Below, piece by piece: positions 33,728 to 43,726 of a stretch of 47,584 nt of DNA. Both the position numbers and the translations under genes were made by a program. Each line of letters opens with the position of its first letter. Positions within the stretch are counted from its first letter, which is position 1. Origin of the DNA: Bacteroidales bacterium (lineage in GTDB: Bacteria > Bacteroidota > Bacteroidia > Bacteroidales > UBA932); contig JAAZEZ010000069.1 of NCBI GenBank assembly GCA_012511975.1, positions 1 to 47,584 of the forward strand, given 5' to 3'. The notes under the pieces are model-generated. The model ran no database searches. It saw nothing but the letters and a program-made list of their open reading frames with translations, and had not been told where the DNA came from.

Positions 33728-35212
33728 TTATTTGGTAAGTTCCCACTCGGTACCCTCTTTGGTATCTTTGATCTGAATACCGATGGCTTTGAGTTCGTCC
33801 CGGATCCGGTCGCTTTCAGCCCAGTTCTTTGCAGCTTTTGCTGCATTGCGGTTCGCAAGTATTATACCCATAAGACCACTTATTACCGACTCAGCTGCTG
33901 AATCTTGACGGTCATCAGTTAAACCGAGAACATCTGAAACAATCTCCGTAAAGAGTTTGGTAAGCGTATCATAATCGGCATCTTTGAGCACCTCTCCTTT
34001 ATCTTTGGCTCCATTGACAATCTTCACCGCCTCGAAAAGAGAGGAGAGAGCCACAGGTGTATTCATATCGTCGAGCAGCGCCTCATAGATCTCCTCTTCA
34101 ATGGAGGTCACTTGATTCAATCGGGGAGCTTCAGTCGAATGTTTGAGTGAACGGACATCTTTAGTTGCCTGCATAAGTCGTTTAAGTCCCTTCTCTGCAG
34201 CCTGCAAAGCCTCGTTGCTGAAGTCCAGAGTGCTCCTGTAGTGCGCCTGAAGTATGAAAAACCTGATAGTCATAGGCGAATAGGGTTGATCCAGGGCTTC
34301 ATGTTTGCCTGCAAACAACTCTTCCAGTGTTATGAAGTTACCTTTGGACTTACCCATCTTCTGGCCGTTAATGGTGATCAAATTGTTATGCACCCAATAA
34401 TTGACACCGCCTTTGCCACGTGAGGCTACATTTTGAGCCAATTCGCATTCATGGTGAGGAAATATCAGATCCATCCCGCCGCCGTGTATATCAAATTCCT
34501 CCCCGAGATATTTTTCGCTCATTGCCGAGCACTCGAGGTGCCATCCCGGAAAGCCTACACTCCAGGGGGATGGCCAGCGCATTATATGCTCTGAAGGAGC
34601 CTTTTTCCAAAGTGCAAAGTCGTTGGGAGAACGTTTGTCCTCCTGACCATCCAGCTCACGAGAACCGGCCATCATCTCGTCGAGAATACGACCTGAAAGC
34701 ACTCCATATTTGTGTGCACTGTTATACTTTTCAACATCAAAATAGACTGAACCATTGCTGATGTAGGCATAGCCGGCATCGAGAATTTTTTTGACAAGCT
34801 CTATCTGTTCTATGATGTGGCCTGAAGCCCTTGGTTCGATTGAAGGGCGCAGTACATTGAGTTGCTTCATCGCCTCATGATACCTCAGAGTATAGGTTTG
34901 TACCACTTCCATAGGCTCCAACTCCTCAAGACGGGCTTTTTTTGCAATCTTATCCTCGCCTGTGTCAGCATCGTTTTCGAGATGACCAACATCGGTAATG
35001 TTGCTCACATATCTGACTTTGTATCCCAGATGTCTGAATAGACGGAAGAGCAGATCGAAAGTGATACCGGGCCTGGCGTGGCCCAAATGAGGATCGCCAT
35101 ATACCGTAGGACCGCAGACATACATTCCGACATGTCCGGGATTTACAGGTTTAAAGATGCGTTTTTCCCTTTTGAGGGTATCATAAAGAAATAAGTCACG
35201 AGCCATAATCAT
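33728..35212 (-). CDS. cysS: Cysteine--tRNA ligase
   Basis: HIGH-type motif PHLGHAR, a KMSKS-type KMGKSKGN, and Zn ligands (MYVCGPTVY). Confidence 0.95.
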   Translation of the reverse strand: MIMARDLFLYDTLKREKRIFKPVNPGHVGMYVCGPTVYGDPHLGHARPGITFDLLFRLFRHLGYKVRYVSNITDVGHLENDADTGEDKIAKKARLEELEPMEVVQTYTLRYHEAMKQLNVLRPSIEPRASGHIIEQIELVKKILDAGYAYISNGSVYFDVEKYNSAHKYGVLSGRILDEMMAGSRELDGQEDKRSPNDFALWKKAPSEHIMRWPSPWSVGFPGWHLECSAMSEKYLGEEFDIHGGGMDLIFPHHECELAQNVASRGKGGVNYWVHNNLITINGQKMGKSKGNFITLEELFAGKHEALDQPYSPMTIRFFILQAHYRSTLDFSNEALQAAEKGLKRLMQATKDVRSLKHSTEAPRLNQVTSIEEEIYEALLDDMNTPVALSSLFEAVKIVNGAKDKGEVLKDADYDTLTKLFTEIVSDVLGLTDDRQDSAAESVISGLMGIILANRNAAKAAKNWAESDRIRDELKAIGIQIKDTKEGTEWELTK

Positions 35213-35232
35213 CTGTTTATTGCACTAAACTA

Positions 35233-35240
35233 CAAATTTA
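35233..35240 (-). promoter_or_regulatory. Candidate -7 box (TAAATTTG on the minus strand) for cysS
   Basis: Plus strand CAAATTTA, 20 nt upstream of ATG 35212. Confidence 0.45.
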
Positions 35241-35242
35241 AC

Positions 35243-35280
35243 AACTTTCGGCAATATATGGCTCGCTATTGCCGAAAGTT
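35243..35280 (-). terminator. 14-bp hairpin downstream of ssb (probable terminator/attenuating structure)
   Basis: AACTTTCGGCAATA (35243..35256) pairs with TATTGCCGAAAGTT (35267..35280), with a 10-nt loop. The trailing T run is weak on the minus strand. Confidence 0.5.
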
Positions 35281-35299
35281 GAGCTAAAATGCAAGACAG

Positions 35300-35638
35300 C
35301 TACTCTTCCGGTGGCACTACGGTCACTTTGCTGGCAAGAATCTCCATAAATTGTCGTTCATCACCGCTACTGGATGTGTATCTGACATTGCGTATACGCC
35401 CGATAACCGAAACCAGGAGACCTTTGCGAATGAGCGAAAAGTCATCAATATTACGTCCGCTCCAGGCAGTAATATTGTGCCAGGTGGTCTCCTCCTTAAT
35501 TTCACCTTTTTTGTCCTTAAATGTCTCGTTGGTCGCTAAGGAGAATCTGGCGACCTGAGAGTTGCCCACATCTGTAATTTTCGGATCATGGCCCACATGC
35601 CCTTTCAACTCTACCCGATTGATAAATGTTCTTTTCAT
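35300..35638 (-). CDS. ssb: Single-stranded DNA-binding protein (OB fold only, short form)
   Basis: MKRTFINRVELKGHVGHDP...TWHNITAWS matches the SSB OB-fold pattern. The start was set at ATG 35638. 112 aa; no Gly/Pro-rich linker or DDDIPF-type tip. Confidence 0.8.
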   Translation of the reverse strand: MKRTFINRVELKGHVGHDPKITDVGNSQVARFSLATNETFKDKKGEIKEETTWHNITAWSGRNIDDFSLIRKGLLVSVIGRIRNVRYTSSSGDERQFMEILASKVTVVPPEE

Positions 35639-35775
35639 AATAATTGGTTTTTGTTTCAAATACAAAATAAAGAAGATCAACGCCATCCATCCATACTCTA
35701 AATACTTATATCCGTTTAAGACGCTGTGATCCGTTAAAATTGTTTTTTCAACACCTGAGTGTAAATATTTTCAAG

Positions 35776-35783
35776 TAATTTTG
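35776..35783 (+). promoter_or_regulatory. Candidate -7 box (TAATTTTG)
   Basis: Exact TAnnTTTG match 42 nt upstream of ATG 35826. Confidence 0.4.
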
Positions 35784-35825
35784 TCATTGAAAATAAACTT
35801 TGTGTCAATTTAATGGAAGATCTGT

Positions 35826-36179
35826 ATGGAAACAAAGAGACATTGTAAGAGATGCGGGGAAAGATTCGTCGGTAGAAGTGACAAGATCTTCTGCTGTGAC
35901 AGTTGCAGAAATGATTACCACAATTATCTCCGCAGGGAGCGAAACAAAGGGATGAATCGTGTCAATAGAATCCTCTCACGCAACCGCGAGATTATCCGTT
36001 CTCTGCTTTCCAGGAGCATTGAGAGTATCGACACCAGAGAGTTGAGTATGCTTGCCTTTGATTTCGGGTACTTTACATCTATGGACAAACGAATCCTGGG
36101 ACGCACTTGCTATCACATATATGAATATTGTTATTACTATTCTGCCAACGGTGAGGTTCATTTCTCTCTCAAAGAATGA
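35826..36179 (+). CDS. Hypothetical protein with an N-terminal CxxC...CxxC zinc-ribbon-like motif
   Basis: CKRCGERFVGRSDKIFCCDSCRNDYHN, followed by a basic helical region. 117 aa. Confidence 0.55.
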   Translation: METKRHCKRCGERFVGRSDKIFCCDSCRNDYHNYLRRERNKGMNRVNRILSRNREIIRSLLSRSIESIDTRELSMLAFDFGYFTSMDKRILGRTCYHIYEYCYYYSANGEVHFSLKE

Positions 36180-36201
36180 GTATTTTTTGACTTAAAATCG
36201 T

Positions 36202-36209
36202 TATCTTTG
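36202..36209 (+). promoter_or_regulatory. Candidate -7 box (TATCTTTG) for dcp
   Basis: Exact TAnnTTTG match 30 nt upstream of ATG 36240. Confidence 0.45.
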
Positions 36210-36239
36210 AGAATCAGAAAACAAATTATTATACATAAT

Positions 36240-38333
36240 ATGAAACTCACCAGAACATTCGCTGCGGCATCATTTGCCGCATTGATGCTTATTTCCTGCA
36301 CAATGAAAGAAAATCCTTTGCTACAGACTTCCCCACACCCCTATCAGGCTCCGGCATTCGACAAAATAAAAACAGAACACTATAAGCCGGCATTTATTGC
36401 GGCCATCGAAGAGGCTAAAGCTGAAATCCAGTTTATTGTTGACAATCCTGAAGAACCGACTTTCGCCAATACCATAGAGGCGCTTAACACTTCCGGACGC
36501 ACACTTAATAGTGTTGCAGGCATGTTTTTCAACCTCAACCAAGCCTGCACCAACGAAGAGATGCAGCAGATTGCCGAAGAGGTAGCCCCCATGATGACCG
36601 AATACAGCATGTCCATAATCCTCAACCCTGTACTCTTCCAAAAGGTGAAGGCGGTTTATGAGATGAAAGATGACCTGGGGCTCAACCAGGAAGAGGCAAA
36701 ACTTCTGGAGGAGAGTTACAAATCCTTTACCCGCAACGGAGCTAATCTCCCTGACGATAAAAAGGAGGAATACGCACGATTGCAGGAGGAGCTCTCAGTC
36801 ACCACCCTCGCATTCGGACGTAATGTACTTGGCGCCACCAATGCATATATACTTGAAATTACTGACGAAGCCGACCTGGCCGGACTTCCTGACTATGTAA
36901 AGGAAATGGCCGCTGCAGATGCGCAGGCCAAAGGTAAGGAGGGATGGGTATTTACTCTCGATTATCCAAGTTACGGCCCCTTCCTCAAATACAGCACCAA
37001 TCGAGAACTGCGAGAAGAGCTCTGGAGAGCATACAACAGTAAATGCATAGGCGGAGAGTTTGACAATACCGAAAATATTCGCAAGATAGTAGACCTACGT
37101 ATCCGCGTAGCACAGTTGCTGGGATATGAGACCTATGCTGATTATGCGCTTGAAGATAGAATGGCTAAGAATCCCACCACGGTCAACAATTTCCTTGCTG
37201 ACCTGATGCAGAAATCCCTTCCTTTTGCCAGACGTGACGTAGCCGAGATTCAGGCCTATGCTACAGCCAACGGCTTTGAAGGACAACTGATGCCCTGGGA
37301 TTTCTCATACTGGTCGGAAAAATTCCAGGAAGAGAGATACTCGCTCAACGAAGAGCTGCTCAAGCCCTATTTTGAGCTCTCAAGCGTACAGGCTGCTATT
37401 TTTGATCTTGCCGAACGTCTCTACGGGCTACAATTTGAAGAGAATCCCAACTTACCCGTATATCATCCCGATGTGAAGGTATTTGAGGTAAAAGATGAGA
37501 ATGGCAGGTTTATGTCTCTGCTCTACATCGACTATTTTCCGCGCGAGAGCAAAAGAGGCGGTGCCTGGATGACCTCCTTCAGAGAGCAGGGCTTCTACGA
37601 CGGAGTTGAGGAGAGACCCCACGTATCATTGGTAACTAACTTTACCAAACCCACTTCCGACACTCCATCACTCATCACTTTCTATGAATTCACCACTATT
37701 CTCCATGAATTCGGGCACGCGCTTCACGGAATACTTGCAGAGGGTACTTACAGTACTTTGACAGGCACTAATGTTGCCCGAGACTTTGTGGAACTTCCAT
37801 CACAGATTATGGAAAACTGGGCATACGAGCCTGAGTATCTGAATTCTTTTGCAAAACACTACCAAACAGGCGAAGTAATCCCTCAAGATATTATTGACAG
37901 AATTATTGCCGCCAAGAACTTCCTGGCCGGATATGCCAGCGTAAGACAGCTCAACTATGGCCTCACAGATATGTCCTGGCATACTATAACATCTGTACCA
38001 GAGGCCTCTGTAGTGGATTATGAACAGAAGGTACTTGCCAATTCGACTATAATGCCCACTGTTGAGGGCGTAGTCTTTTCTCCCTCATTTAACCATATCT
38101 TCGCGGGTGGCTATGCTGCCGGCTACTACTCTTATAAGTGGGCTGAAGTGCTTGAAGCTGACGCCTTCTCGCTCTTCAAGGAGAGAGGCATTTTCAACAA
38201 AGAGGTGGCTGCTGAATTCCGCGACAAGATCCTCTCCAGAGGAGGCATAGAAGATGCTGATGTATTATTCCGCAACTTCCGCGGAAGGGATCCTCAGCCG
38301 GAGGCTCTTCTCGAGAAACTCGGTATGAAATAA
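36240..38333 (+). CDS. dcp: M3 family peptidyl-dipeptidase Dcp / oligopeptidase, lipoprotein form
   Basis: HEFGHALH zinc motif and a length and overall pattern typical of M3A. The start was set at MKLTRTFAAASFAALMLISCT (lipobox). Confidence 0.88.
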   Translation: MKLTRTFAAASFAALMLISCTMKENPLLQTSPHPYQAPAFDKIKTEHYKPAFIAAIEEAKAEIQFIVDNPEEPTFANTIEALNTSGRTLNSVAGMFFNLNQACTNEEMQQIAEEVAPMMTEYSMSIILNPVLFQKVKAVYEMKDDLGLNQEEAKLLEESYKSFTRNGANLPDDKKEEYARLQEELSVTTLAFGRNVLGATNAYILEITDEADLAGLPDYVKEMAAADAQAKGKEGWVFTLDYPSYGPFLKYSTNRELREELWRAYNSKCIGGEFDNTENIRKIVDLRIRVAQLLGYETYADYALEDRMAKNPTTVNNFLADLMQKSLPFARRDVAEIQAYATANGFEGQLMPWDFSYWSEKFQEERYSLNEELLKPYFELSSVQAAIFDLAERLYGLQFEENPNLPVYHPDVKVFEVKDENGRFMSLLYIDYFPRESKRGGAWMTSFREQGFYDGVEERPHVSLVTNFTKPTSDTPSLITFYEFTTILHEFGHALHGILAEGTYSTLTGTNVARDFVELPSQIMENWAYEPEYLNSFAKHYQTGEVIPQDIIDRIIAAKNFLAGYASVRQLNYGLTDMSWHTITSVPEASVVDYEQKVLANSTIMPTVEGVVFSPSFNHIFAGGYAAGYYSYKWAEVLEADAFSLFKERGIFNKEVAAEFRDKILSRGGIEDADVLFRNFRGRDPQPEALLEKLGMK

Positions 38334-38363
38334 TTTGAACCAACCCTTAAATATATACTAGTT

Positions 38364-39005
38364 ATGAAGAAAATTTTTTTGTATATTATGACTGCAATGC
38401 TGCTTCTTAGCGGCTGTAACAATAATCAAAACAAGCAAACTCAGAATGATATGAATAATCCTGTAATTGAAACTATTATGGCACGTCGCAGCATCAGGGC
38501 ATACAAGCCTCAGGCTGTTGAACGCGAAATTATGAACCAGATAGTTAAGTGCGGCATCAATGCTCCCAATGGAATGAATGCCCAGCCCTGGGAGGTCCGC
38601 ATTGTGGACAATCCAGAGTTTATCAATGGTTGCACCAAGATTTTTGTGGAACGTATGAAACAGGATCCGCGCGGAGCGAAAATGGTAGAAGACCCTTCTT
38701 TCAAAAACATGTTCAGAAATGCTCCTACGGTGGTATTTATAGCTCTAGGTGAGAGTAGATTCGCTCAGATTGACTGCGGTCTGATGGCCCAGAATATGAT
38801 GCTGGCTGCCAAATCACTAGGAATCGGCTCTATTGCCCTCGGAAGTCCGGTCGACTTCTTTAAGAGCGAAGAGGCCGCAGAGTATTACAACAAGTTGGAA
38901 TTTCCGGAGAATTACACACTGGCACTCGTTTTAGGATTCGGTTATCCCGATGAAAGTCCCGAGGCCAGACCCAGGGATGAGAGCAAAATCCGCTGGATAG
39001 AGTAA
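38364..39005 (+). CDS. Nitroreductase family (FMN-dependent) protein carrying a lipoprotein-type signal peptide
   Basis: The core begins NPVIETIMARRSIRAYKP (classic nitroreductase N-terminus). It is preceded by MKKIFLYIMTAMLLLSGCNN (lipobox). An alternative cytoplasmic start is the ATG at 38451. Confidence 0.8.
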   Translation: MKKIFLYIMTAMLLLSGCNNNQNKQTQNDMNNPVIETIMARRSIRAYKPQAVEREIMNQIVKCGINAPNGMNAQPWEVRIVDNPEFINGCTKIFVERMKQDPRGAKMVEDPSFKNMFRNAPTVVFIALGESRFAQIDCGLMAQNMMLAAKSLGIGSIALGSPVDFFKSEEAAEYYNKLEFPENYTLALVLGFGYPDESPEARPRDESKIRWIE

Positions 39006-39007
39006 GG

Positions 39008-39427
39008 ATGATACCTTATGAAATAGAAGAGACTCTTCCTACGGAGAGTTGGATGGTGGGTGACGTCAAGGCTGGGTTTCCTTCGCCCGCGGAGGATATT
39101 CACGAAAAACTTGATCTGATCAAGCTCCTGGTGCGTAACCCGGCTTCCACTTTCTTTTTCAGAATAGATGGCGTCTCGATGGTGGACGCTGCAATGGACG
39201 AGGGCGACATCATCATAGTTGACAGGAGTATAGAGCCTTTCAACGGCTGTATGGCAGTCTGTTATATTGACGGTGGCTACACAGTCAAAAGAGTGGAAAT
39301 CCACGGAAAAAAATTGCACCTGCTTCCCGCTAACGAGAGCAATGTCTCCTACAAGCCGATTATCGTTACTCCGGACAACCAATTTATGGTCTGGGGATTG
39401 GTAACCTATGTCATTAAAAAAGTCTAA
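39008..39427 (+). CDS. umuD: Translesion synthesis protein UmuD (S24 LexA-like self-cleaving peptidase)
   Basis: VKAGFPSPAEDI (Ala-Gly cleavage-site context), the catalytic Ser in DGVSMVD and Lys in GYTVKRV. It aligns by eye along its length with E. coli UmuD. Confidence 0.9.
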   Translation: MIPYEIEETLPTESWMVGDVKAGFPSPAEDIHEKLDLIKLLVRNPASTFFFRIDGVSMVDAAMDEGDIIIVDRSIEPFNGCMAVCYIDGGYTVKRVEIHGKKLHLLPANESNVSYKPIIVTPDNQFMVWGLVTYVIKKV

Positions 39428-39432
39428 GAGCG

Positions 39433-40695
39433 ATGTACGCGCTGGCAGACTGCAACAACTTTTTTGTCTCGTGTGAACGGGTATTCAGGCCCGATCTCAA
39501 TGGGAAGCCGGTCATTGTGCTCTCCAACAACGATGGTTGCGCCGTAGCGCGCAGTAATGAAGCCAAGGCTCTCGGTATAAAAATGGGAGTTCCCTTCTTC
39601 AAAATACGTCATTTGGTGGAAAAACACGGGGTAATCGTTTTCTCAGGAAATATGGCACTCTACGGCGATATGTCGCGCAGAGTACGTCTGACCCTGCAGG
39701 AATTTGCTCCCTCATTGGAGGTCTATTCGATAGACGAGGTATTTCTTGACCTGCACGGAATGCAAATTGAAGATTTCGGAAGTTATGCAAGGGAAATATC
39801 ACGCATCTGTCTGCGTAATACCGGTATTCCTGTCTCGATCGGCATCTCTCCTACCAAGACTCTGGCGAAAATTGCCTCCAAGCTCTGCAAACAATATCCG
39901 AAATTGCAAGGAGGATGCTATATGCATCGTCCGGAGGATATTGAGAAGGTGCTACGTAAGTTTCCGGTAGAGGATGTATGGGGTATCGGACGCAAGACTA
40001 CACTAAAACTGTATCAGAGAGGCATCCGTACAGCTTTTGACTTTGTAAAAATGGATGAAGAGAGAGTGCGTGCCCTTATGGGCATTACCGGAGTACGCAC
40101 GCATAGGGAATTGCGCGGCATCCCCTGTATCAAATTTGAGGACAGTGTTGTGACCAAACAATCGATATGTGTTTCCAGCAGTTTTTCGAAGGAAATAACC
40201 GATTGCAGGGATTTGTGCAGTCAGGTGGCCAATTTCGCCGCCAAAGCGGCGGAAAAGCTTCGCGGACAGGGATCCGTAGCTTTTGAAATGGTGGTATTTG
40301 CAATGACTAACCGCTTCCACGAAAATTCTCCGCAAGCCTATAAAAGCATACTTGTGCCCTTTGTTGAACCGACCGGAGAGCAACGCACCATAGTTGGGGC
40401 AGCCGTCGCTGCCCTGAGAGAACTATATGATGCCCGAATGTCTTACAAAAAAGCGGGAGTAGTCATAACTCGTCTGGAGCAACGTGACCAAATCACAGGC
40501 TCACTCTTCGAAGATGGCGAAGCGGCCGAACGCGAGTCCCGTATTTCTTACCTTATCGACTCAATAAACCAACAATATGGGCATGGTACAATCCGTATTG
40601 GCGCTCAGGGAGATGGAAGCATACATAAGTTAAGCGAACACCGTTCGCCGCACTACACCACTCTCTGGAGCGATATTCCAATAGCGAGTATCTGA
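39433..40695 (+). CDS. umuC: Y-family DNA polymerase V catalytic subunit UmuC
   Basis: MYALADCNNFFVSCERVFRPDL and SIDEVFLD motifs. 420 aa, immediately after umuD. Confidence 0.92.
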   Translation: MYALADCNNFFVSCERVFRPDLNGKPVIVLSNNDGCAVARSNEAKALGIKMGVPFFKIRHLVEKHGVIVFSGNMALYGDMSRRVRLTLQEFAPSLEVYSIDEVFLDLHGMQIEDFGSYAREISRICLRNTGIPVSIGISPTKTLAKIASKLCKQYPKLQGGCYMHRPEDIEKVLRKFPVEDVWGIGRKTTLKLYQRGIRTAFDFVKMDEERVRALMGITGVRTHRELRGIPCIKFEDSVVTKQSICVSSSFSKEITDCRDLCSQVANFAAKAAEKLRGQGSVAFEMVVFAMTNRFHENSPQAYKSILVPFVEPTGEQRTIVGAAVAALRELYDARMSYKKAGVVITRLEQRDQITGSLFEDGEAAERESRISYLIDSINQQYGHGTIRIGAQGDGSIHKLSEHRSPHYTTLWSDIPIASI

Positions 40696-40866
40696 GAATC
40701 CCGCGGTCTATAGTAATATTCTCACTGCGAACTTGTAAGTAATTCCGTCCCCAAAACGACATTTATAGTGCGAGCACGTTAGTCTGTCCTGCCTTCCGGC
40801 CCAAATATTCAGATAATTGTCGTATTTTCGCGGCTGTTACTGAAATTAAAAAGAACCAACATAATT

Positions 40867-41241
40867 ATGGCACAACTTAAAGTTGGAATGAAATATACCC
40901 TGGAGCATACAGTGAGGGAAGATGAAACTGCTTTCAATTATGATTCGGGAGCAATGCACGTCTATTCCACTCCGGCAATGATCGCGCTAATGGAGTGTGC
41001 TGCACATACAATGTTGATGGATGCGGGTCTGGATAACGTGGGTACCATGGTAAATATCGAACATAAAAAAGCCTGTAAACCCGGCACTATTGTTCTTGCT
41101 GAAGCACTTCTGACAGAAATTGACGGTAAACGCCTTACTTTTGATGTAAAAGTAACCGACAAGGAGGGTAATATTCTCGGTGAGGGCACTCATGGCCGGT
41201 ACATTATAGATCCTGAACGTTTTATGCAGAAAGTCGGGTAA
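40867..41241 (+). CDS. Hotdog-fold thioesterase (FlK/YbgC-like small thioesterase)
   Basis: 124 aa. The YSTPAMIALMECAA pattern is typical of the fluoroacetyl-CoA-thioesterase-like subgroup. Confidence 0.7.
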   Translation: MAQLKVGMKYTLEHTVREDETAFNYDSGAMHVYSTPAMIALMECAAHTMLMDAGLDNVGTMVNIEHKKACKPGTIVLAEALLTEIDGKRLTFDVKVTDKEGNILGEGTHGRYIIDPERFMQKVG

Positions 41242-41244
41242 AAA

Positions 41245-42543
41245 TTACTCCTTTAACATTTCCAGTATCTTCAATCGGAAAGCATATTCGTATTTTGCTT
41301 GTGCCTGTTCACTCAAAACCTGGGTGAGATTGGTCTTCGCCTGAAAGAGTTCATATGCATTGGCACGGCCGTTGTCGAACTTCTCCTGTGCAAACCGAAA
41401 TGCTTCTCTGCCCGATATTTCCGACTTTTGTGCGGCTTTCCATTTGCTTTGAGCACCAACGGCATTTTGGTATGCCTGCTCGATACGTTTTCTAAGCTCA
41501 ATTTTAACCTTGTCCATTTCAATGCGACTGTTTTCTACCGCAAGCTCGGCAGTTCGAATATTATTGCGGGTCTGGAACCTGTTGAAAATGGGAATACGCA
41601 AACTAAAACCTAACGCGTTGCTCATATTGTTACGAAATTGGGAGCTGAATGGATCATTGGGGCGTTCGCTCATCTTATAATAACCGGTACTCATATTGGC
41701 TCCGAACGACAATGTAGGATAGAGCTCCGATTTTGCCATAAGCACACCTTTCTCATTGCTTTTCAGACGATATTCAGATGCGCGAATTTCGGGACGAACC
41801 AGTAATGCTTGCCGGTAAACTTCCGTTGGCGACAACATCATTTCGTTCTTGATTATCTCCTCTACCGGTGGTACAATAACATCGAAATTTAAGAAATCAT
41901 CAAGCTCCATTATTTGCGCCAGGTCGAGCAATGCCAGTTTCAAATTGCTTTCCGCCTGTACCTTGTTTTGCTCTTCACGTGCACGTTGCGCCTCCAATTC
42001 GTATATTTCTCCTTCCGCCATTTTTCCGCTTTGGATAAGCTCATTGCGACGAGAAATGTTTTCATCGGTTAAGGTCAGTTGTTCATTGGCGATTTGCAAT
42101 AGCTCTTTTTGAAGCAAAACCTGCAGAAAAGCGGTAGCCACGCTCATTTCTATATCGTCCTTATATTTTTCCACATCAGCTTCCGCTGCGCTCAGGTCTG
42201 CACGTTTCGCATCTATATTGTGCTTCATACGCAATCCGTCGAAAAGGGTAATATCCGCTCCTAGTCCAAAGGATGTCTGAGCCGAGTTTGTGTTTTGATA
42301 GATATTATCAAGTCCGATAGAACGCCCGAATATGAAGTTTTGCCCCGCTTGTGCGTTAAGACTGGGTAATAAATCATTCCGTGCCTGGGTATAGGCAATT
42401 TTGCGCTGCTCTTTGTTAAGTTCCTGTTGTTTTATTGTGCGATTATTTTGCAACGCAATCTCAATACACTCTTCAAGGGTGTATTGCTGCGCCATTCCTG
42501 TAAAGGAAATCGTGAGAAATATTGCTATTATTATTTGTCTCAT
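41245..42543 (-). CDS. TolC-family outer-membrane efflux protein
   Basis: 432 aa with a signal peptide and two tandem OEP repeats (LTLEECIEIALQNN..., repeated coiled-coil pattern). It is the last gene of the efflux operon. Confidence 0.88.
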   Translation of the reverse strand: MRQIIIAIFLTISFTGMAQQYTLEECIEIALQNNRTIKQQELNKEQRKIAYTQARNDLLPSLNAQAGQNFIFGRSIGLDNIYQNTNSAQTSFGLGADITLFDGLRMKHNIDAKRADLSAAEADVEKYKDDIEMSVATAFLQVLLQKELLQIANEQLTLTDENISRRNELIQSGKMAEGEIYELEAQRAREEQNKVQAESNLKLALLDLAQIMELDDFLNFDVIVPPVEEIIKNEMMLSPTEVYRQALLVRPEIRASEYRLKSNEKGVLMAKSELYPTLSFGANMSTGYYKMSERPNDPFSSQFRNNMSNALGFSLRIPIFNRFQTRNNIRTAELAVENSRIEMDKVKIELRKRIEQAYQNAVGAQSKWKAAQKSEISGREAFRFAQEKFDNGRANAYELFQAKTNLTQVLSEQAQAKYEYAFRLKILEMLKE

Positions 42544-42570
42544 GTTTTAACTCTTAATTACTAATTATTA

Positions 42571-42593
42571 CTCGGAACTCAATACTCAGAACT
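42571..42593. repeat. Junction repeat R1 (CTCGGAACTCAATACTCAGAACT), plus-strand orientation
   Basis: It shares AACTCAATACTC and ACTCAGAACT with R2 (45056..45081). It is the reverse complement of the GAGTTCTGAGT units in R3. It abuts or overlaps the HlyD stop codon. Confidence 0.7.
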
Positions 42594-43698
42594 ATTTCTT
42601 CTTTTTCTCGATTATCTCATTTCCACGAACTTTATTGTCTAATTCCAATCCCTCGATTATTTCGATATTAATACCGTCAGATAACCCTACAGAGACATAT
42701 TTGCGATCGAACTCTTGCGGGTTTTCATTTTTTACCACATAAACAAATGAGGAATCGTTACTGAATTCTATGCATGTTTCGGGAATCATCAGCACATCAG
42801 CTTTTCTCTCCAAAACAATATCGGCATTCGCACTATATCCGGCGCGGATAAAGACATCTTTAGGCATCTCCATTTTGGCTTTCATCTCGAACAAAATGGC
42901 TCCACTCTCCTCAGTGGCTTTTGGCGAAACATATTCCAGCACCGCTGAAATTTTCTTATCCTGAATGGCACCAATCGTTATCTCCATAGGCATTCCTGTT
43001 GAGAGTTTACCAACTTCCGTTTCATCAATTTTTCCCACAAAGAGCATATCGTTAAGATTTGCAATGGAAGCAACCGTGGTCCCGTCATTGAAGTTATTGG
43101 TTTGGATAACCGAATTTCCCACTTTTACAGGAATATCCAGGATAGTTCCGCTCACGGTAGCACGCACCAATGTATTGCTCGATTTCTGAGTACTTTTTGT
43201 CATTCCTGTTTTAACCAAATTCAGGTTGTCAGTGGCCGCCTGTAGCTCTTCCTGGTCGTTTTTATATTGAAGTTGCACTTTTTCAAACTCTTCTTTAGAG
43301 ATTACCAGATTTTCGTAAAGTTTCCGGTCGCGTTCATAATTAATCCTGCTTTGCTCAGCAGCAAGTTGTGCGCGTGCAACACGCGATTCTGCTCCACTCA
43401 AATTGACCATATCCGGAACAACCTGAATCTTCGCGATAATGTCGCCTGCTACAACCTTATCACCTGCTTCTTTGTATACTTCGGAAATTATACCCGACAT
43501 TTGAGGCTTGATTAGAATTTCATTGCGGGGCTCTACCTTACCCGTAGCTACTGTTTTCTTCTCGATAGTGCCTTGAGTTACGGTTTCAATTTGATATGTT
43601 TTTTCTACAGGACGCGACTTCTTATAGAGAAATACGAATGTCCCGATAACCAATAGTCCTAAAAGGGCTAATCCTACGATTTTAAATACTTTTTTCAT
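42592..43698 (-). CDS. Efflux periplasmic adaptor (HlyD/MacA-type membrane fusion protein)
   Basis: N-terminal TM anchor, a lipoyl-like/coiled-coil/beta-barrel pattern (GDIIAKIQ...; VGNSVIQ...), 368 aa, positioned between the permeases and TolC. Confidence 0.88.
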   Translation of the reverse strand: MKKVFKIVGLALLGLLVIGTFVFLYKKSRPVEKTYQIETVTQGTIEKKTVATGKVEPRNEILIKPQMSGIISEVYKEAGDKVVAGDIIAKIQVVPDMVNLSGAESRVARAQLAAEQSRINYERDRKLYENLVISKEEFEKVQLQYKNDQEELQAATDNLNLVKTGMTKSTQKSSNTLVRATVSGTILDIPVKVGNSVIQTNNFNDGTTVASIANLNDMLFVGKIDETEVGKLSTGMPMEITIGAIQDKKISAVLEYVSPKATEESGAILFEMKAKMEMPKDVFIRAGYSANADIVLERKADVLMIPETCIEFSNDSSFVYVVKNENPQEFDRKYVSVGLSDGINIEIIEGLELDNKVRGNEIIEKKKK

Positions 43699-43726
43699 TG
43701 TATGTTGTTGTTATTATTGTTTGTTT

